This document shows, piece after piece, positions 1-10,033 of a DNA stretch of 64,000 nt. Position 1 is the first letter of the stretch. Each line of letters opens with the position of its first letter. The position numbers and the translations under genes are program-made. Origin of the DNA: Gammaproteobacteria bacterium (lineage in GTDB: Bacteria; Pseudomonadota; Gammaproteobacteria; Ga0077536). Location of the stretch: contig SHZM01000008.1 of assembly GCA_009692265.1 (NCBI GenBank), forward strand, positions 7,991 through 71,990, written 5' to 3'. Below the pieces are notes generated by a model. That model had not been told where the DNA came from and made no database searches. It saw only the letters and a program-made list of their open reading frames with translations.

Positions 1-137
1 GGGCTGAGCCTGACTTGCAGCGCGCGGGCGTGCCACCAGGCCGCGGCGGCAGCAAGGATGAACGCAAGGTTGGTGATCGAGTTCCACGGTTCAAAGTGGC
101 CAACGGCGATCAGTTGCTCGCAGTATTGGACTGTCAT
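1..137 (-). CDS. partial CDS (N-terminus only; gene runs off the left edge): integral membrane protein, ceramidase-like N-terminus MTVQYCEQLIAVGHFEPWNSITNLAF
   Basis: Minus-strand ATG at 137-135 with AAGGAG-like RBS 8 nt upstream. Open frame to the window edge and hydrophobic continuation. Product assignment from motif memory only. Confidence 0.35.
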   Translation of the reverse strand, partial: MTVQYCEQLIAVGHFEPWNSITNLAFILAAAAAWWHARALQVRLS

Positions 138-200
138 CGCGCCGCTCCTTTCCGCCATAATGCGGCCTCGCATTGAACCATAATTCACCTGGGGGACCTC

Positions 201-656
201 ATGGCCGGTTTGTATTTTGAAGAATTTAATGTCGGGCAGAAATTCGATCATCCTATTCATCGCACGGTGTCGGAAATGGATAACATTCTGTTCTCGGGCA
301 TGACCCATAACCCGGCGCGCTTACACCTCGACGAAGAGTACTGCCGCGAACATACCGAGTTCGGACAGCGCATCATGAACAGCTGTTTCACCTTGGCGCT
401 CATGGTGGGTGTATCGGTGTACGAAACCACCCTGGGCACGACGGTCGGTAATCTCGGTTGGGACGAAGTACGCTTCCCGAAACCGGTTTTTCACGGCGAT
501 ACCCTGCGCTTCGAGTCCGAAGTGCTCGAAGTCCGCGAATCGAAATCCCGCCCCAACAACGGTATCGTGATCTTCGCGCACCGCGCCTATAACCAACGCA
601 ATGAATTAGTTGCAACCTGCAAGCGCAGCGGCCTGATGCTGAGGAAGCCGAAATGA
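201..656 (+). CDS. MaoC-like (R)-specific enoyl-CoA hydratase/dehydratase, single hot-dog fold
   Basis: 151-aa ORF with GGGGGA RBS 5 nt upstream of the ATG. MaoC dehydratase-like sequence. Stop overlaps the next start (ATGA). Confidence 0.8.
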   Translation: MAGLYFEEFNVGQKFDHPIHRTVSEMDNILFSGMTHNPARLHLDEEYCREHTEFGQRIMNSCFTLALMVGVSVYETTLGTTVGNLGWDEVRFPKPVFHGDTLRFESEVLEVRESKSRPNNGIVIFAHRAYNQRNELVATCKRSGLMLRKPK

Positions 657-1531
657 CGATATTGCGTTCCATGTTGTTCGCCCCGGGGGATAGCGAGAAG
701 AAGATGACGAAGGCGGCGGGTATCGGCGCGGATGCCGTGATCCTCGATCTGGAAGACGCGGTGGCCGCCACTCGTCGACCACTTGCGCGTGAAATGATTC
801 ACCAATTTCTGAGTAGCGCCGATCGCTCGAAATGTGAATTTTGGGTGCGCATGAATCCGCTCGATTCCAAAGATGCGATGTTGGATCTCGTCGCGATCGT
901 CGGGGGCAAACCGGATGGCATTGCGCTACCAAAATGCGACGGCCCGCACCATGTGGTGCAGTTGGCGCATTATTTGGAGATTTTAGAAACCCAGCACGGG
1001 ATCCCGGTTGGCTCCATCGGGATCACTGCGATCGCCACTGAGACCGCGGCAGCTCCCTTCGCGCTGGGGCAGTACAAGGGCGCGCCGCGTCTACGCATAA
1101 TCACCTGGGGCGCGGAGGATCTCGGTGCGGCCCTCGGCGCAAGTTCGAACAAGGACGAGGCTGGCAATTACACGCCGCCCTACGTGCTGGCCCGCTCGCT
1201 GTGTTTGTACGGCGCGTATGCCGCGGGAGTCCAGGCGCTTGATACCGTGCAACCGGATTTTCGCGCGAATGACAAGCTGCTGCGCGAATGCAACGAAGGG
1301 CGTCGCGATGGTTTCCTCGGCAAGATCGCGATTCATCCCGATCAAGTGGCGACCATCAATGAAGCCTTCACGCCGTCGTCGGCCGAAGTCTCGTTTGCTC
1401 AAGACGTGATTGCGCTGTTCGCGGCGAATCCCGAGGCGGGCACCCTGAGCCTGGAAGGCAAGATGCTCGACATGCCACATTTAAAGCAGGCGGAGCGCGT
1501 AATGGCTATTGCCAGTCGCGCCGGCCGCTAA
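653..1531 (+). CDS. HpcH/HpaI aldolase / citrate lyase beta (CitE)-like acyl-CoA lyase (malyl-/citramalyl-CoA lyase type)
   Basis: 292 aa. The N-terminal [30 protein letters not shown] motif is typical of the CitE/HpcH family. Translationally coupled to the upstream MaoC gene. Confidence 0.8.
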   Translation: MTILRSMLFAPGDSEKKMTKAAGIGADAVILDLEDAVAATRRPLAREMIHQFLSSADRSKCEFWVRMNPLDSKDAMLDLVAIVGGKPDGIALPKCDGPHHVVQLAHYLEILETQHGIPVGSIGITAIATETAAAPFALGQYKGAPRLRIITWGAEDLGAALGASSNKDEAGNYTPPYVLARSLCLYGAYAAGVQALDTVQPDFRANDKLLRECNEGRRDGFLGKIAIHPDQVATINEAFTPSSAEVSFAQDVIALFAANPEAGTLSLEGKMLDMPHLKQAERVMAIASRAGR

Positions 1532-1553
1532 CCCCCGTCCTCGGGAGGTCGTT

Positions 1554-2426
1554 ATGACTGATTGGATTGGGCAAAAGAAGAAAATCACCGTGCTCGGGAG
1601 CGAGATGGCCTACGTTGAACAAGGCCAGGGCCATCCGATCATTTTTCAACACGGAAATCCCACGTCGTCGTACCTGTGGCGAAATATCGTGCCGCGATTG
1701 AACGGGCTCGGGCGCTGTATAGCGCTCGATCTAATTGGCATGGGCGACTCCGCGAAGCTGCCGAATTCAGGACCTGATCGCTATACCCTCGCTGAACATC
1801 AACGTTACTTCGATAGCGCGCTCGCGGCCCTCGGCGTTAACGATAAGGTGACCTTGGTGTTGCACGACTGGGGAACGGCACTCGGCTTTGACTGGGCGCG
1901 GCGGCATGCCGCCAATGTGCGCGGGATCTGCCATATGGAAGGGCTCGTCACCGAGCTTACCTGGGAAGATTGGCCGGAGTCGGCGCGTGGAATTTTCCAA
2001 ACCTTTCGGTCTGCCGCGGGCGAAGACGTGGTATTGCAGAAGAACGTGTTTGTCGAGCGCGTGTTGCCGAAGTCGATCCTGCGGGAATTGACGGCGCAGG
2101 AAATGGATATTTATCGCGCGCCGTTTTTGAACGCGGGTGAAGATCGTCGACCAACCCTTACGTGGCCGAATCAATTGCCAATCGAAGGCCATCCAGCGGA
2201 TGTCTGTGCGACGGTCGCCACGGTTTCGAAATGGCTGGGCGAGACCGAGATCCCAAAGCTGTTCATCAATGCCGAGCCGGGCATGATCATGACTGGCCGA
2301 CCACGTGAGATAGCGCGAACCTGGAAAAATCAACGCGAAGTGACCGTGCGCGGTCTGCACTTTATTCAGGAGGATTCGCCACAGGAGATCGCAAGCGCGA
2401 TCGCCCAATGGATGGCAACCTTATGA
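1554..2426 (+). CDS. haloalkane dehalogenase (HLD-II type alpha/beta hydrolase)
   Basis: The HGNPTSSYLWRNIVP and HDWGTALGFDWA motifs are characteristic of DhaA/LinB/DmbA-type haloalkane dehalogenases. The ORF track starts at 1509; the preferred start is ATG 1554, preceded by GGGAGG. Confidence 0.8.
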   Translation: MTDWIGQKKKITVLGSEMAYVEQGQGHPIIFQHGNPTSSYLWRNIVPRLNGLGRCIALDLIGMGDSAKLPNSGPDRYTLAEHQRYFDSALAALGVNDKVTLVLHDWGTALGFDWARRHAANVRGICHMEGLVTELTWEDWPESARGIFQTFRSAAGEDVVLQKNVFVERVLPKSILRELTAQEMDIYRAPFLNAGEDRRPTLTWPNQLPIEGHPADVCATVATVSKWLGETEIPKLFINAEPGMIMTGRPREIARTWKNQREVTVRGLHFIQEDSPQEIASAIAQWMATL

Positions 2427-2836
2427 ACCTGATCGAACTCATTCCACTTGGCGCAACCCATAGCGCCAAATTGATCGTGACCCACGATCTCACCGTCCAA
2501 GCCCGCGTCCCCGAACTGCCACCGGTGTATTCGACGCCGAATATGGTGTTGGTCATGGAACTGGTCTGCAGTGAACTCCTCAAGACGCGCTTGCCGGCCG
2601 AGTGGGTGTCGGTCGGTGCATTTATTGATGTGCGACATTTAGCCGCGACCCCAGTCGGCTTCGAAGTGACGGTGAAGGCCACCGTGGTTGATGTTTCGGA
2701 GAAGCTTGTCACCTTCGAGTTGGAAGCCCACGATGACGTCGATCTGATCGGGTCGGCGAAGCACGCCCGCGCGCCAATTGAAAGCGCGCGTTTCATGCGC
2801 GGGGTCGAGAAGAAGCGCGCGGCCCGTTTCGGTTAG
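2408..2836 (+). CDS. FlK-family hot-dog thioesterase (fluoroacetyl-CoA thioesterase-like)
   Basis: 142 aa. Alignment from memory to Streptomyces cattleya FlK: the catalytic Thr (YSTP), Glu (VMEL) and His (VRHLAATP), and the AHDDVDLIGSAKHARAPI block, are conserved. The gate Phe is replaced by Leu. Start overlaps the dehalogenase 3' end. Confidence 0.6.
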   Translation: MDGNLMNLIELIPLGATHSAKLIVTHDLTVQARVPELPPVYSTPNMVLVMELVCSELLKTRLPAEWVSVGAFIDVRHLAATPVGFEVTVKATVVDVSEKLVTFELEAHDDVDLIGSAKHARAPIESARFMRGVEKKRAARFG

Positions 2837-2840
2837 TGCC

Positions 2841-3659
2841 ATGAGTACCCACACCGAGCAAGGTCAGAAAGTGACGACGCTTACCCTGCGGCACATGAAG
2901 ACAACAGGTGAAAAAATCGCGTCTCTGACGGCATACGATGCCGCCTTCGCGCGGGTGCTCGATCAGGCTGGCTGTGATTTCATCCTCGTGGGTGACTCGG
3001 TCGGGATGGTGGTGCAGGGGCACGCGACAACGATTCCGGTGACGGTTGATGAGATCATCTACCACACGAAAATGGTCGCGCGCGGTGTGGCGCGGGCTCT
3101 GATCATGGCGGACATGCCGTTCATGAGCTATCACACCGTAGATGATTGCCTGCATAACGCCGCGCGGCTGATGAAGGAGGGCGGGGCGGAAATGATCAAG
3201 CTCGAATGGGGCGCGTTGCAGATCGACATGGTCGCGCGCCTCACCGAGTGCGGCATTCCCGTGTGTGCGCATTTGGGCTTGACGCCGCAGGCGATCCACA
3301 AGATGGGAGCCTATCGGGTGCAGGGTCGCGAAGACGCGACAGCAAAAAAAATGAAAGACGATGCGCTAGCGCTCGAAGCCGCGGGTGCCGACGTGTTACT
3401 GCTTGAATGCGTACCGATGGATCTCGCCGCCGAGATCACACGCGCGGCGCGGGTCCCGGTAATCGGAATCGGCGCTGGCCCCGCGGTCGACGGACAGATT
3501 TTAGTGCTCTACGACATCCTCGACATCGCACCGGGCAAGCGGACGCGCTTTTCGAGGAATTACATGCACGACCGCGACTCGATTCACGCGGCGATTGAGA
3601 CCTTCGTGGGTGAAGTTAAACGCGGAGAATTTCCGACCGCGGAATACGCGTTCTCCTGA
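2841..3659 (+). CDS. panB: 3-methyl-2-oxobutanoate hydroxymethyltransferase (ketopantoate hydroxymethyltransferase)
   Basis: LTAYDAAFA...ILVGDSVGMVVQGH...DMPFMSY motifs. Start chosen at ATG 2841, the first start after the upstream stop. Confidence 0.9.
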   Translation: MSTHTEQGQKVTTLTLRHMKTTGEKIASLTAYDAAFARVLDQAGCDFILVGDSVGMVVQGHATTIPVTVDEIIYHTKMVARGVARALIMADMPFMSYHTVDDCLHNAARLMKEGGAEMIKLEWGALQIDMVARLTECGIPVCAHLGLTPQAIHKMGAYRVQGREDATAKKMKDDALALEAAGADVLLLECVPMDLAAEITRAARVPVIGIGAGPAVDGQILVLYDILDIAPGKRTRFSRNYMHDRDSIHAAIETFVGEVKRGEFPTAEYAFS

Positions 3660-4510
3660 TGAACAAGGCGCTGCGGATACTCACTGAGGGACTTTCCCTC
3701 GAAAAGCTTGAAGAGAACCTCTTTCGTGGTGCGGTAAGCGACACGATTATCAAGCGCGTTTATGGTGGCAAAGTGCTTGGGGAATCCCTGACCGCCGCGC
3801 AGCTTACAGTCGAGGATCGTCCACTCCATTCGGCTCACGCCTATTTTCTGCGCGAAGCAGATTCACATTCGCCGGTAATCTACTCGGTCGATCGCAGTCG
3901 GGATGGAAAAAGTTTCTCGGCGCGACGAGTGACCGCGATTCAACACGGTCAGCCCATCTTCACCCTGAAGGCATCGTTCCACAAAGAGGAGTGCGGGGCT
4001 GAGTATCAAGGGCCGATGCCAGAGGTACCTCCGCCCGAAGCGGTGGCACCGGTGGTATGGGATTGGAGCAAGTTTGACAGTCTGTCGCCGTGCTACCAGC
4101 GGATGATGACGATTACCGAGCCGTTTGAAATCCGCGCGATAGATGGACCTAACGGAACCAACGATGCCCAAGGCAAGCCGCTGCGAAGGGTGTGGATCCG
4201 CACCACGGATCGCCTTTCGGACTCGACCGCCTTGCACCGTGCGATCCTCGGTTACATTTCGGACTATGGCTTGATCTGGACCCTGCTCGCGCACCATGGT
4301 TTTCTAGTCACGAATGACAAGGTCATTGTCGCGAGCCTCGATCACGCGATGTGGTTTCACCGACCTTTTCGCGTGGACGAGTGGCTGCTGTACTGCTGCG
4401 AAGGCGTGTCTTCGTACGCTACGCGCGGGCTGGCGCGTGGCAGTTTTTATACCCAGGCTGGTGAGCTTGCCGTAACCGTGACGCAGGAAGGGTTAATGCG
4501 GGCGATCTGA
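3659..4510 (+). CDS. tesB: acyl-CoA thioesterase II
   Basis: 283-aa double hot-dog protein whose sequence is typical of TesB. Coupled to panB (stop/start overlap). Confidence 0.85.
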   Translation: MNKALRILTEGLSLEKLEENLFRGAVSDTIIKRVYGGKVLGESLTAAQLTVEDRPLHSAHAYFLREADSHSPVIYSVDRSRDGKSFSARRVTAIQHGQPIFTLKASFHKEECGAEYQGPMPEVPPPEAVAPVVWDWSKFDSLSPCYQRMMTITEPFEIRAIDGPNGTNDAQGKPLRRVWIRTTDRLSDSTALHRAILGYISDYGLIWTLLAHHGFLVTNDKVIVASLDHAMWFHRPFRVDEWLLYCCEGVSSYATRGLARGSFYTQAGELAVTVTQEGLMRAI

Positions 4511-4608
4511 CCAGAATAATTTCGATTCGGAATTCAAGCACGACACTATTTTTGTTGTGCTAAAGATTCCGCGGATCCTACCGATACGCTGCCAAAGGAT
4601 TTCACTCC

Positions 4609-6414
4609 GTGCAGCAGCCGACAAGACCCCGTTTCCAACGATTTGAATTGCACTCGCGCCTTGGCAGTGGCGCCCAGGGTCGTGTCTACTTAGCCTGGGA
4701 TCCTCAGCTCGAACGCAAAGTGGCCTTGAAAATATTGAACCGCCCCGAACCTGGAGCCGGGAGCCTGGATCAATTCCTGAGCGAGGCTCGTGCCGCGGCT
4801 AAAATCGCCAGCCCCCATGTGGTTCCGGTGTTCGAAGCCGGCAGTGAAAAAGGCCTCCCGTTCGTAGTCTTCGAACTGGTCGAAGGTCAACCGCTGCGCG
4901 ACTACCTCGCACAACCACGCCTCGGCGCGCAATCCGCGACTGATCTATTCGAGCAACTGCTGGAAGGAATGGCGGCTGCCCATACCCAAGGTATCGCCCA
5001 TCTTGATTTGTCGCTGAACAACATATTGCTCGACAAGCAGAATCGACTGCGCGTGATGGATTTTGGTCTATCACGACTTGTCACCAAGCCCTCGCTTAGC
5101 GACGGGTTTGACGATCTACTCGGAACCCCGCGCTACATGAGCCCGGAGCATTTCTCCGGTGATCCGCTTGATCTACGCACCGATGTGTTCGCGCTGGGGC
5201 TGATTTTTTTTGAGCTATTGGCTGGCCAGCCCGCCGCGTTCGCGACCAATTTTTCAGATCTGGCGATCCAGATCGGAGCCGTTCAATTTGAGTGGGCGCT
5301 GCTGAGCGACGTACGACCGGAGATCCAAAGTATCGTTCGTGACGCTTTGCAGGTCGATCCGAGCGCGCGATTCCAATCCGCGGCGGCGATGTTGGGAGCT
5401 TTGCGCGATGCGAAAACCGTGGTTACCGCGCGCGAGAATCAGGATTTAGCGGTGCAATTCCTGTTGCGCCGTCTGCAACGACGGCCCGAGTTTCCGGCGT
5501 TCTCCAACAGCATCAATGAGATCAATCGGATGACCGCGGATTCCGCGAGTGCGGGAGTGCACGAACTGAGCGCGGTGGTGATGCAGGATTTCAATCTCAG
5601 CAATCGATTGATGAAAGTTGCGAGCTCAGCGTTTTTTACCGCAAGCGATGATGGCCCGACCACGGTGCCTCAGGCAATCGCCCGAGTCGGGACCAAAACG
5701 GTGCGCATGATCTGCAATGGACTCATGATGTTCGAGCATCTCAAATCCGATAACCCACGTCTGCAAGATGCGCTCGTCGCTTCCTTCGTGGCCGGCCTCC
5801 TTGGCCGAATGTTGGGTCAGAAGGTCCGCAGGGATCTCGCGGACGAAGCCTTTGTTGCCGCGATGTTTAACCGGCTGGGACGTAATTTGTTGATCTACTA
5901 CCTCGACGACGAAGCTGAAGAGATCGAGCGCCGAATTGCTCGCGGTGTCCCGCCCCGCCAGGCCGAACAGGAAGTACTGGCGACGACAAGCAGCGCCTTG
6001 GGTGCGGCGATTGCGGCCACCTGGAAGTTTCCACCCGCCTTGATCAAAAGTATCGCGCCGGTAGCGGCGGGCATTCTACCGCCGGTTGGCGTTGATAGAG
6101 ATTACGCGTGCCACCTCGCGCATTTCCCAAATGAACTGTGCGAGCTGGCGGCGCAAGCAAATTCAGCGCAGACGCCGAATGAACGTTTGACCTATTTAGG
6201 CGCGCGCTATCGAGAAGTGTTTCGGACTACCCCAGGGGTGCTCGCCGAAATGCTGGAAATAACGCTGGAAAAATTCACCGAATTGGCACCGAGTCTGGGG
6301 ATCGCGCTCGGCGCCAATGGTTTCTATTTACGCGGCCAGCAATTTTTGGCGGAATTTTACCTGGCGGCCGGGCAGGACTCCGAAGGTACCCCCGCTCAGG
6401 CTGCTGCCGGATAG
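4609..6414 (+). CDS. Hanks-type Ser/Thr protein kinase fused to a C-terminal HDOD domain
   Basis: GTG start. The N-terminal 270 aa carry kinase subdomains (VALKIL, HLDLSLNNILLD, DFGLS, SPE). The C-terminal ~250 aa resemble an HDOD domain (HD-related output domain). Confidence 0.75.
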   Translation: MQQPTRPRFQRFELHSRLGSGAQGRVYLAWDPQLERKVALKILNRPEPGAGSLDQFLSEARAAAKIASPHVVPVFEAGSEKGLPFVVFELVEGQPLRDYLAQPRLGAQSATDLFEQLLEGMAAAHTQGIAHLDLSLNNILLDKQNRLRVMDFGLSRLVTKPSLSDGFDDLLGTPRYMSPEHFSGDPLDLRTDVFALGLIFFELLAGQPAAFATNFSDLAIQIGAVQFEWALLSDVRPEIQSIVRDALQVDPSARFQSAAAMLGALRDAKTVVTARENQDLAVQFLLRRLQRRPEFPAFSNSINEINRMTADSASAGVHELSAVVMQDFNLSNRLMKVASSAFFTASDDGPTTVPQAIARVGTKTVRMICNGLMMFEHLKSDNPRLQDALVASFVAGLLGRMLGQKVRRDLADEAFVAAMFNRLGRNLLIYYLDDEAEEIERRIARGVPPRQAEQEVLATTSSALGAAIAATWKFPPALIKSIAPVAAGILPPVGVDRDYACHLAHFPNELCELAAQANSAQTPNERLTYLGARYREVFRTTPGVLAEMLEITLEKFTELAPSLGIALGANGFYLRGQQFLAEFYLAAGQDSEGTPAQAAAG

Positions 6415-6440
6415 CGGGGATGACGGCCGGCGCCTCATCG

Positions 6441-6776
6441 TTAATGGCTTAGTTCACTGGTCCCGGCGCGGGTCTCAAGTGCTTGGAGTTCGGTATATCC
6501 GCCCATGTTCTCGATGTGCGTATAACCGACACTTTCAAGCTGTAGTTTCGCGATCTCGGCGCGTATCCCGACCGCACAATACACCTTGATCTCGGCATTG
6601 AGATCATTGGTGATCTGAGGAACGCGTACCGCGACCTGCAAGTAGGGAATGTTAATCGCGTCGGCGAGATGACCGCTGGCGTATTCCTCAGGCGAGCGTA
6701 CGTCGAGCCACAACGGTGCCGCAAACGCCGGAATTGTGTTGCCCAGCAGGCAGAGGCCGAAAACGAGTCGAATCAA
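6441..6776 (-). CDS. single-domain rhodanese (thiosulfate sulfurtransferase), secreted
   Basis: Active-site CAVGIR loop. Proposed TTG start at 6776-6774 preceded by AGGAGA with 8-nt spacing, giving the signal peptide LIRLVFGLCLLGNTIPAFAA. The ORF track extends the frame to 6923 with no obvious signal peptide. Confidence 0.6.
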   Translation of the reverse strand: MIRLVFGLCLLGNTIPAFAAPLWLDVRSPEEYASGHLADAINIPYLQVAVRVPQITNDLNAEIKVYCAVGIRAEIAKLQLESVGYTHIENMGGYTELQALETRAGTSELSH

Positions 6777-6886
6777 TCGAATTTTCTCCTGTAGCGCATA
6801 CCTTAAGCTTGTATCGCGAGCCTCGCCGTTTTTCAATCTCTCTTCTCCATCGGTGTATGGGCCGCTGGCTCCTAGCGTAATCCTGT

Positions 6887-7804
6887 TCAATGCGAATGTG
6901 GAGTTCCCGCTTCGAGCGCGCATGCATGCGCGAGATCTTGCAGTTCAACTTGAAAAGTCGAGTGCCGAATGCCGAACATGCGCAGCACATCGTGCGCGAG
7001 CGTGGCGAGCCGTTCGTCGCCTGGATGGCCGTCCGGCATCACTAAATGCGCGGTGAGCGCGGCTTCGGTGGTACTCAGTGCCCAGACGTGCAGGTCGTGT
7101 ACGGCGGCGACTCCGTCCAGTTCACACAGATGCGCGTTAACTCTCGCAAGATCGATATTGGCCGGCACTCCGTGCAAGCCAAGTAGCGTGCTATCGCGCA
7201 AGAGCTGCCAGGTGGTGATCAAGATCACGCCGACGATTATCAGCGTCACTATCGGATCGAGAATCGTTAATCCGCTGCGCATGATCGCGAACCCTGTGAG
7301 ACAAACCCCGAGTGATACGGCGGCGTCGCTCAGCAGATGGACGAATGCGCCGCGCGAGTTCAGATCGTGCGCTTGGTCCGACCAGAACAACGCGGCCGAT
7401 ACTCCATTGATGACGATGCCGACGGCCGCTACCAGTAACATGATGCCGCCGTGAGCTGGGGCCGGGATCGCGAAGCGTTGCAGAGCTTCCCAGACCAACC
7501 CGCCACAGGCCAGCAGGAGTACCGACGCGTTGATGAATGCGGCGTAGATCGTGGTGCTGCGCAGGCCATACGTAAAGCGTGAACTCGCGGGGCGGCGCGC
7601 GAACCAGGCACCACCCCACGCGATCATCAAGCCAAAGACATCGGCCAGGTTGTGTAATGCGTCCGCGATTAGGGCTGCGGAATCAGCAAACGCGCCGAAA
7701 AAAAACTCCGTCGTCGCAAAGCCCAGATTGAGCCCGATGGCCAGGATGAACCGCCGCCGACCGAACGCTGCCGAGGGCGAGTGGCTGCGACCGTGATCGT
7801 GCAT
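6887..7804 (-). CDS. cation diffusion facilitator family metal efflux transporter (CzcD-like)
   Basis: 305 aa with six predicted TM helices, a His-rich N-terminus and CDF signature sequence. Confidence 0.8.
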   Translation of the reverse strand: MHDHGRSHSPSAAFGRRRFILAIGLNLGFATTEFFFGAFADSAALIADALHNLADVFGLMIAWGGAWFARRPASSRFTYGLRSTTIYAAFINASVLLLACGGLVWEALQRFAIPAPAHGGIMLLVAAVGIVINGVSAALFWSDQAHDLNSRGAFVHLLSDAAVSLGVCLTGFAIMRSGLTILDPIVTLIIVGVILITTWQLLRDSTLLGLHGVPANIDLARVNAHLCELDGVAAVHDLHVWALSTTEAALTAHLVMPDGHPGDERLATLAHDVLRMFGIRHSTFQVELQDLAHACALEAGTPHSH

Positions 7805-8838
7805 TACCGCACGGATCGGGCTTTCGATTTCCGCTTGGTGCTGCGCGGGGGGCTTAAAGCATCGAACAGCCTGGTTTTCGGATACTCGGCACCCACGACA
7901 TTACGCAGGGTTACAGCGCGAACCATCTGATAGGTTCTGATCCGAAACGCAGGATCGCAGGACATCCGGATGTAGAGATCTTTCGGCGGCACGCCATACT
8001 CGTCGCGCGTCCACTCCATCAAGTTTCGGTTGGCGTCCAGCACGGCTTGTTCCATCGGCATGTTGATCCCAAGCGCGACGATGCTGTCGGGTTTATCGAT
8101 CCGCACACAGGGCAGGCGTTTATGCTTGATCACACGGCACGATAGCTGAACCGTCGCCCGCGTCTCGTCCGCGATCCCCGTGAATTCGGTATCGCCTTGC
8201 CCGCCGTGGACGTCACCGATATAGAGCATGCCACCCTTGGTGTATGAGTTCAGATAAATCGTATGGCCCGCGCAAATGTCACGACAATCGATATTGCCGC
8301 CGAACGCACCTTGACCGAGAACCGAAGTAAACACCTCGCGCTCGGAGGCTGTGGCTAAGGTGCCAATGAAAGGTTGCAGATCCCAGCTTAACGATTCGGA
8401 GTACTTGCCGATGCCGTCGCGAGTGTAACCGCTGGGTCCAGGCAAGTGTTCGATGACATGGACATAGGGCTCGACGCAGTCGGGAAAGCTTAGTTGGTCC
8501 GACAAGGGGCCGATCCCGGGAATAATGCCGGAGAAGCCGTAGCGCCACGGATCTATCCAATCGATGGTCACCGCCAGCACATCGCCGGCATCGCAGCCTT
8601 CAACGTATACGGGTCCAACCACGGGGTTGTACAGCGGCGGCCAGGCCTGCTGGAGCTTGGCCATGTGCGCGCCGGTCATCGTATGAACTTTCGGCTTATC
8701 GCTGTCGTCCGCGATCATTCCACTCAACGCATCGTCGGTTTCAACCTGAAATGTTTCTCCTTGTTTGACTCGCAGACAGGGTTTGTCGCGAAAATCGAAA
8801 GCATATTTTTGAACTTTACCGCGTGGAAGTTTTTTCAT
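7804..8838 (-). CDS. acetamidase/formamidase family amidohydrolase (FmdA/AmdA)
   Basis: 344 aa with global similarity to the FmdA_AmdA family. Confidence 0.8.
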   Translation of the reverse strand: MKKLPRGKVQKYAFDFRDKPCLRVKQGETFQVETDDALSGMIADDSDKPKVHTMTGAHMAKLQQAWPPLYNPVVGPVYVEGCDAGDVLAVTIDWIDPWRYGFSGIIPGIGPLSDQLSFPDCVEPYVHVIEHLPGPSGYTRDGIGKYSESLSWDLQPFIGTLATASEREVFTSVLGQGAFGGNIDCRDICAGHTIYLNSYTKGGMLYIGDVHGGQGDTEFTGIADETRATVQLSCRVIKHKRLPCVRIDKPDSIVALGINMPMEQAVLDANRNLMEWTRDEYGVPPKDLYIRMSCDPAFRIRTYQMVRAVTLRNVVGAEYPKTRLFDALSPPRSTKRKSKARSVR

Positions 8839-8988
8839 TGTATCCCCTTAGATTAGGCAAAAAATGGCGCGTGCCAGAATCCTACTCCAGCCGTTTCGTT
8901 TTGGGTATGTGGGAGAGTGGTCGAATGTGCAGCGAGCTGAATAACCGGCATACTCTCGCCAGATTTTTCACCCGGCGCTGGAGGATTT

Positions 8989-10020
8989 GTGGCACAAGTA
9001 GAATTCGGAATGTTCGATTGGATCGATCGAGGCGTTGGCACCCTGCAGCAACTTTACGCGGAGCGCCTGGTGCTGATACAAATGGCCGATCGCGCCGGCT
9101 TCTTCGGGTATCACCTGGCCGAGCATCACGGCACCCCCTTAGGGATGGCGCCTTCGCCGTCGGTGTTTCTCGCCGCGGTCGCGCAGGCTACTCAGAAGAT
9201 TCGATTCGGCCCGATGGCGTATTTGTTGCCACTGTACGATCCGTTACGCCTGACGGAAGAGATCTGCATGCTCGATCAGTTATCGGGTGGGCGCGCGGAA
9301 ATCGGGATCAGTCGTGGTGTATCGCCCTATGAACTTGCGTGTTTCGGGGTTAATGCTGGCGGGACTCGCGAGATTTTTACTGAAGCCCTGGACGTCATTC
9401 GCAAAGGGATGCTGCACGACGTGCTGAATCATCAAGGCAAGCATTTCCAGTATCGGGATGTCCCGATGGAGATAAAGCCTTTGCAAAAACCCTATCCGCC
9501 CTTGTGGTATCCAACCCATAATCCGGACAGCGTGGTCTATGCGGCGCAGCACGGCTATCACTTTGCGAGCATCGGTCCAACCTCGCTCATCCGGCAACTC
9601 ATCGAGCGTTATCGGAAGGTCTGGGCCGAACATGAGCACGACTCGGATCGCATCAACGGGCACATCAGCGTGCCCAAACTCGGTGCAATGCGACAGATCT
9701 TTATCGCCGATACGGATGAAGCGGCGATGAGCATCGCACGCACGGCGTATCGCTCGTGGTACGAATCGATTACCAAGCTTTGGCATCGCCATAACGATCA
9801 CGCGGTGGATGGCCTGTTCGATTGGGATAGCGGGATCGCCGCGGAAACAATCCTTGTTGGATCACCGTCGCGCATTCGAGAGCAAGTGGCCCGCTTGATC
9901 AATGAGAGCGGCATTAACTATGTGGTCAGTTCGTTTGCATGGGGTTCTTTAACCCATGCGCAGAGCACTCATTCGCTAGAGTTGTTTGTCAAAGAAGTCA
10001 TACCGGCGGTGACTGGTTAA
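8989..10020 (+). CDS. LLM-class (luciferase-like) flavin-dependent oxidoreductase
   Basis: N-terminal EFGMFDWIDRG and TIM-barrel LLM signature sequence. Start uncertain (GTG 8989 or ATG 9010). Confidence 0.8.
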   Translation: MAQVEFGMFDWIDRGVGTLQQLYAERLVLIQMADRAGFFGYHLAEHHGTPLGMAPSPSVFLAAVAQATQKIRFGPMAYLLPLYDPLRLTEEICMLDQLSGGRAEIGISRGVSPYELACFGVNAGGTREIFTEALDVIRKGMLHDVLNHQGKHFQYRDVPMEIKPLQKPYPPLWYPTHNPDSVVYAAQHGYHFASIGPTSLIRQLIERYRKVWAEHEHDSDRINGHISVPKLGAMRQIFIADTDEAAMSIARTAYRSWYESITKLWHRHNDHAVDGLFDWDSGIAAETILVGSPSRIREQVARLINESGINYVVSSFAWGSLTHAQSTHSLELFVKEVIPAVTG

Positions 10021-10033
10021 CAGGCAGCTCGCG

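Noticed and set aside
1767-2408. Long antisense ORFs inside confirmed genes (e.g. 1767-2408 minus, 13469-14356 minus, 27169-28002 plus, 24816-25649 plus, 23053-23574 minus)
   Set aside because: They lie fully within well-supported genes on the opposite strand, have no recognisable domains and have the Arg/Ala/Pro-rich composition typical of spurious ORFs in high-GC DNA.
4511-4608. Possible terminator hairpin AGCACGACA…TGTTGTGCT after tesB
   Set aside because: Imperfect stem with the T-run inside the loop rather than downstream. Too weak to annotate.
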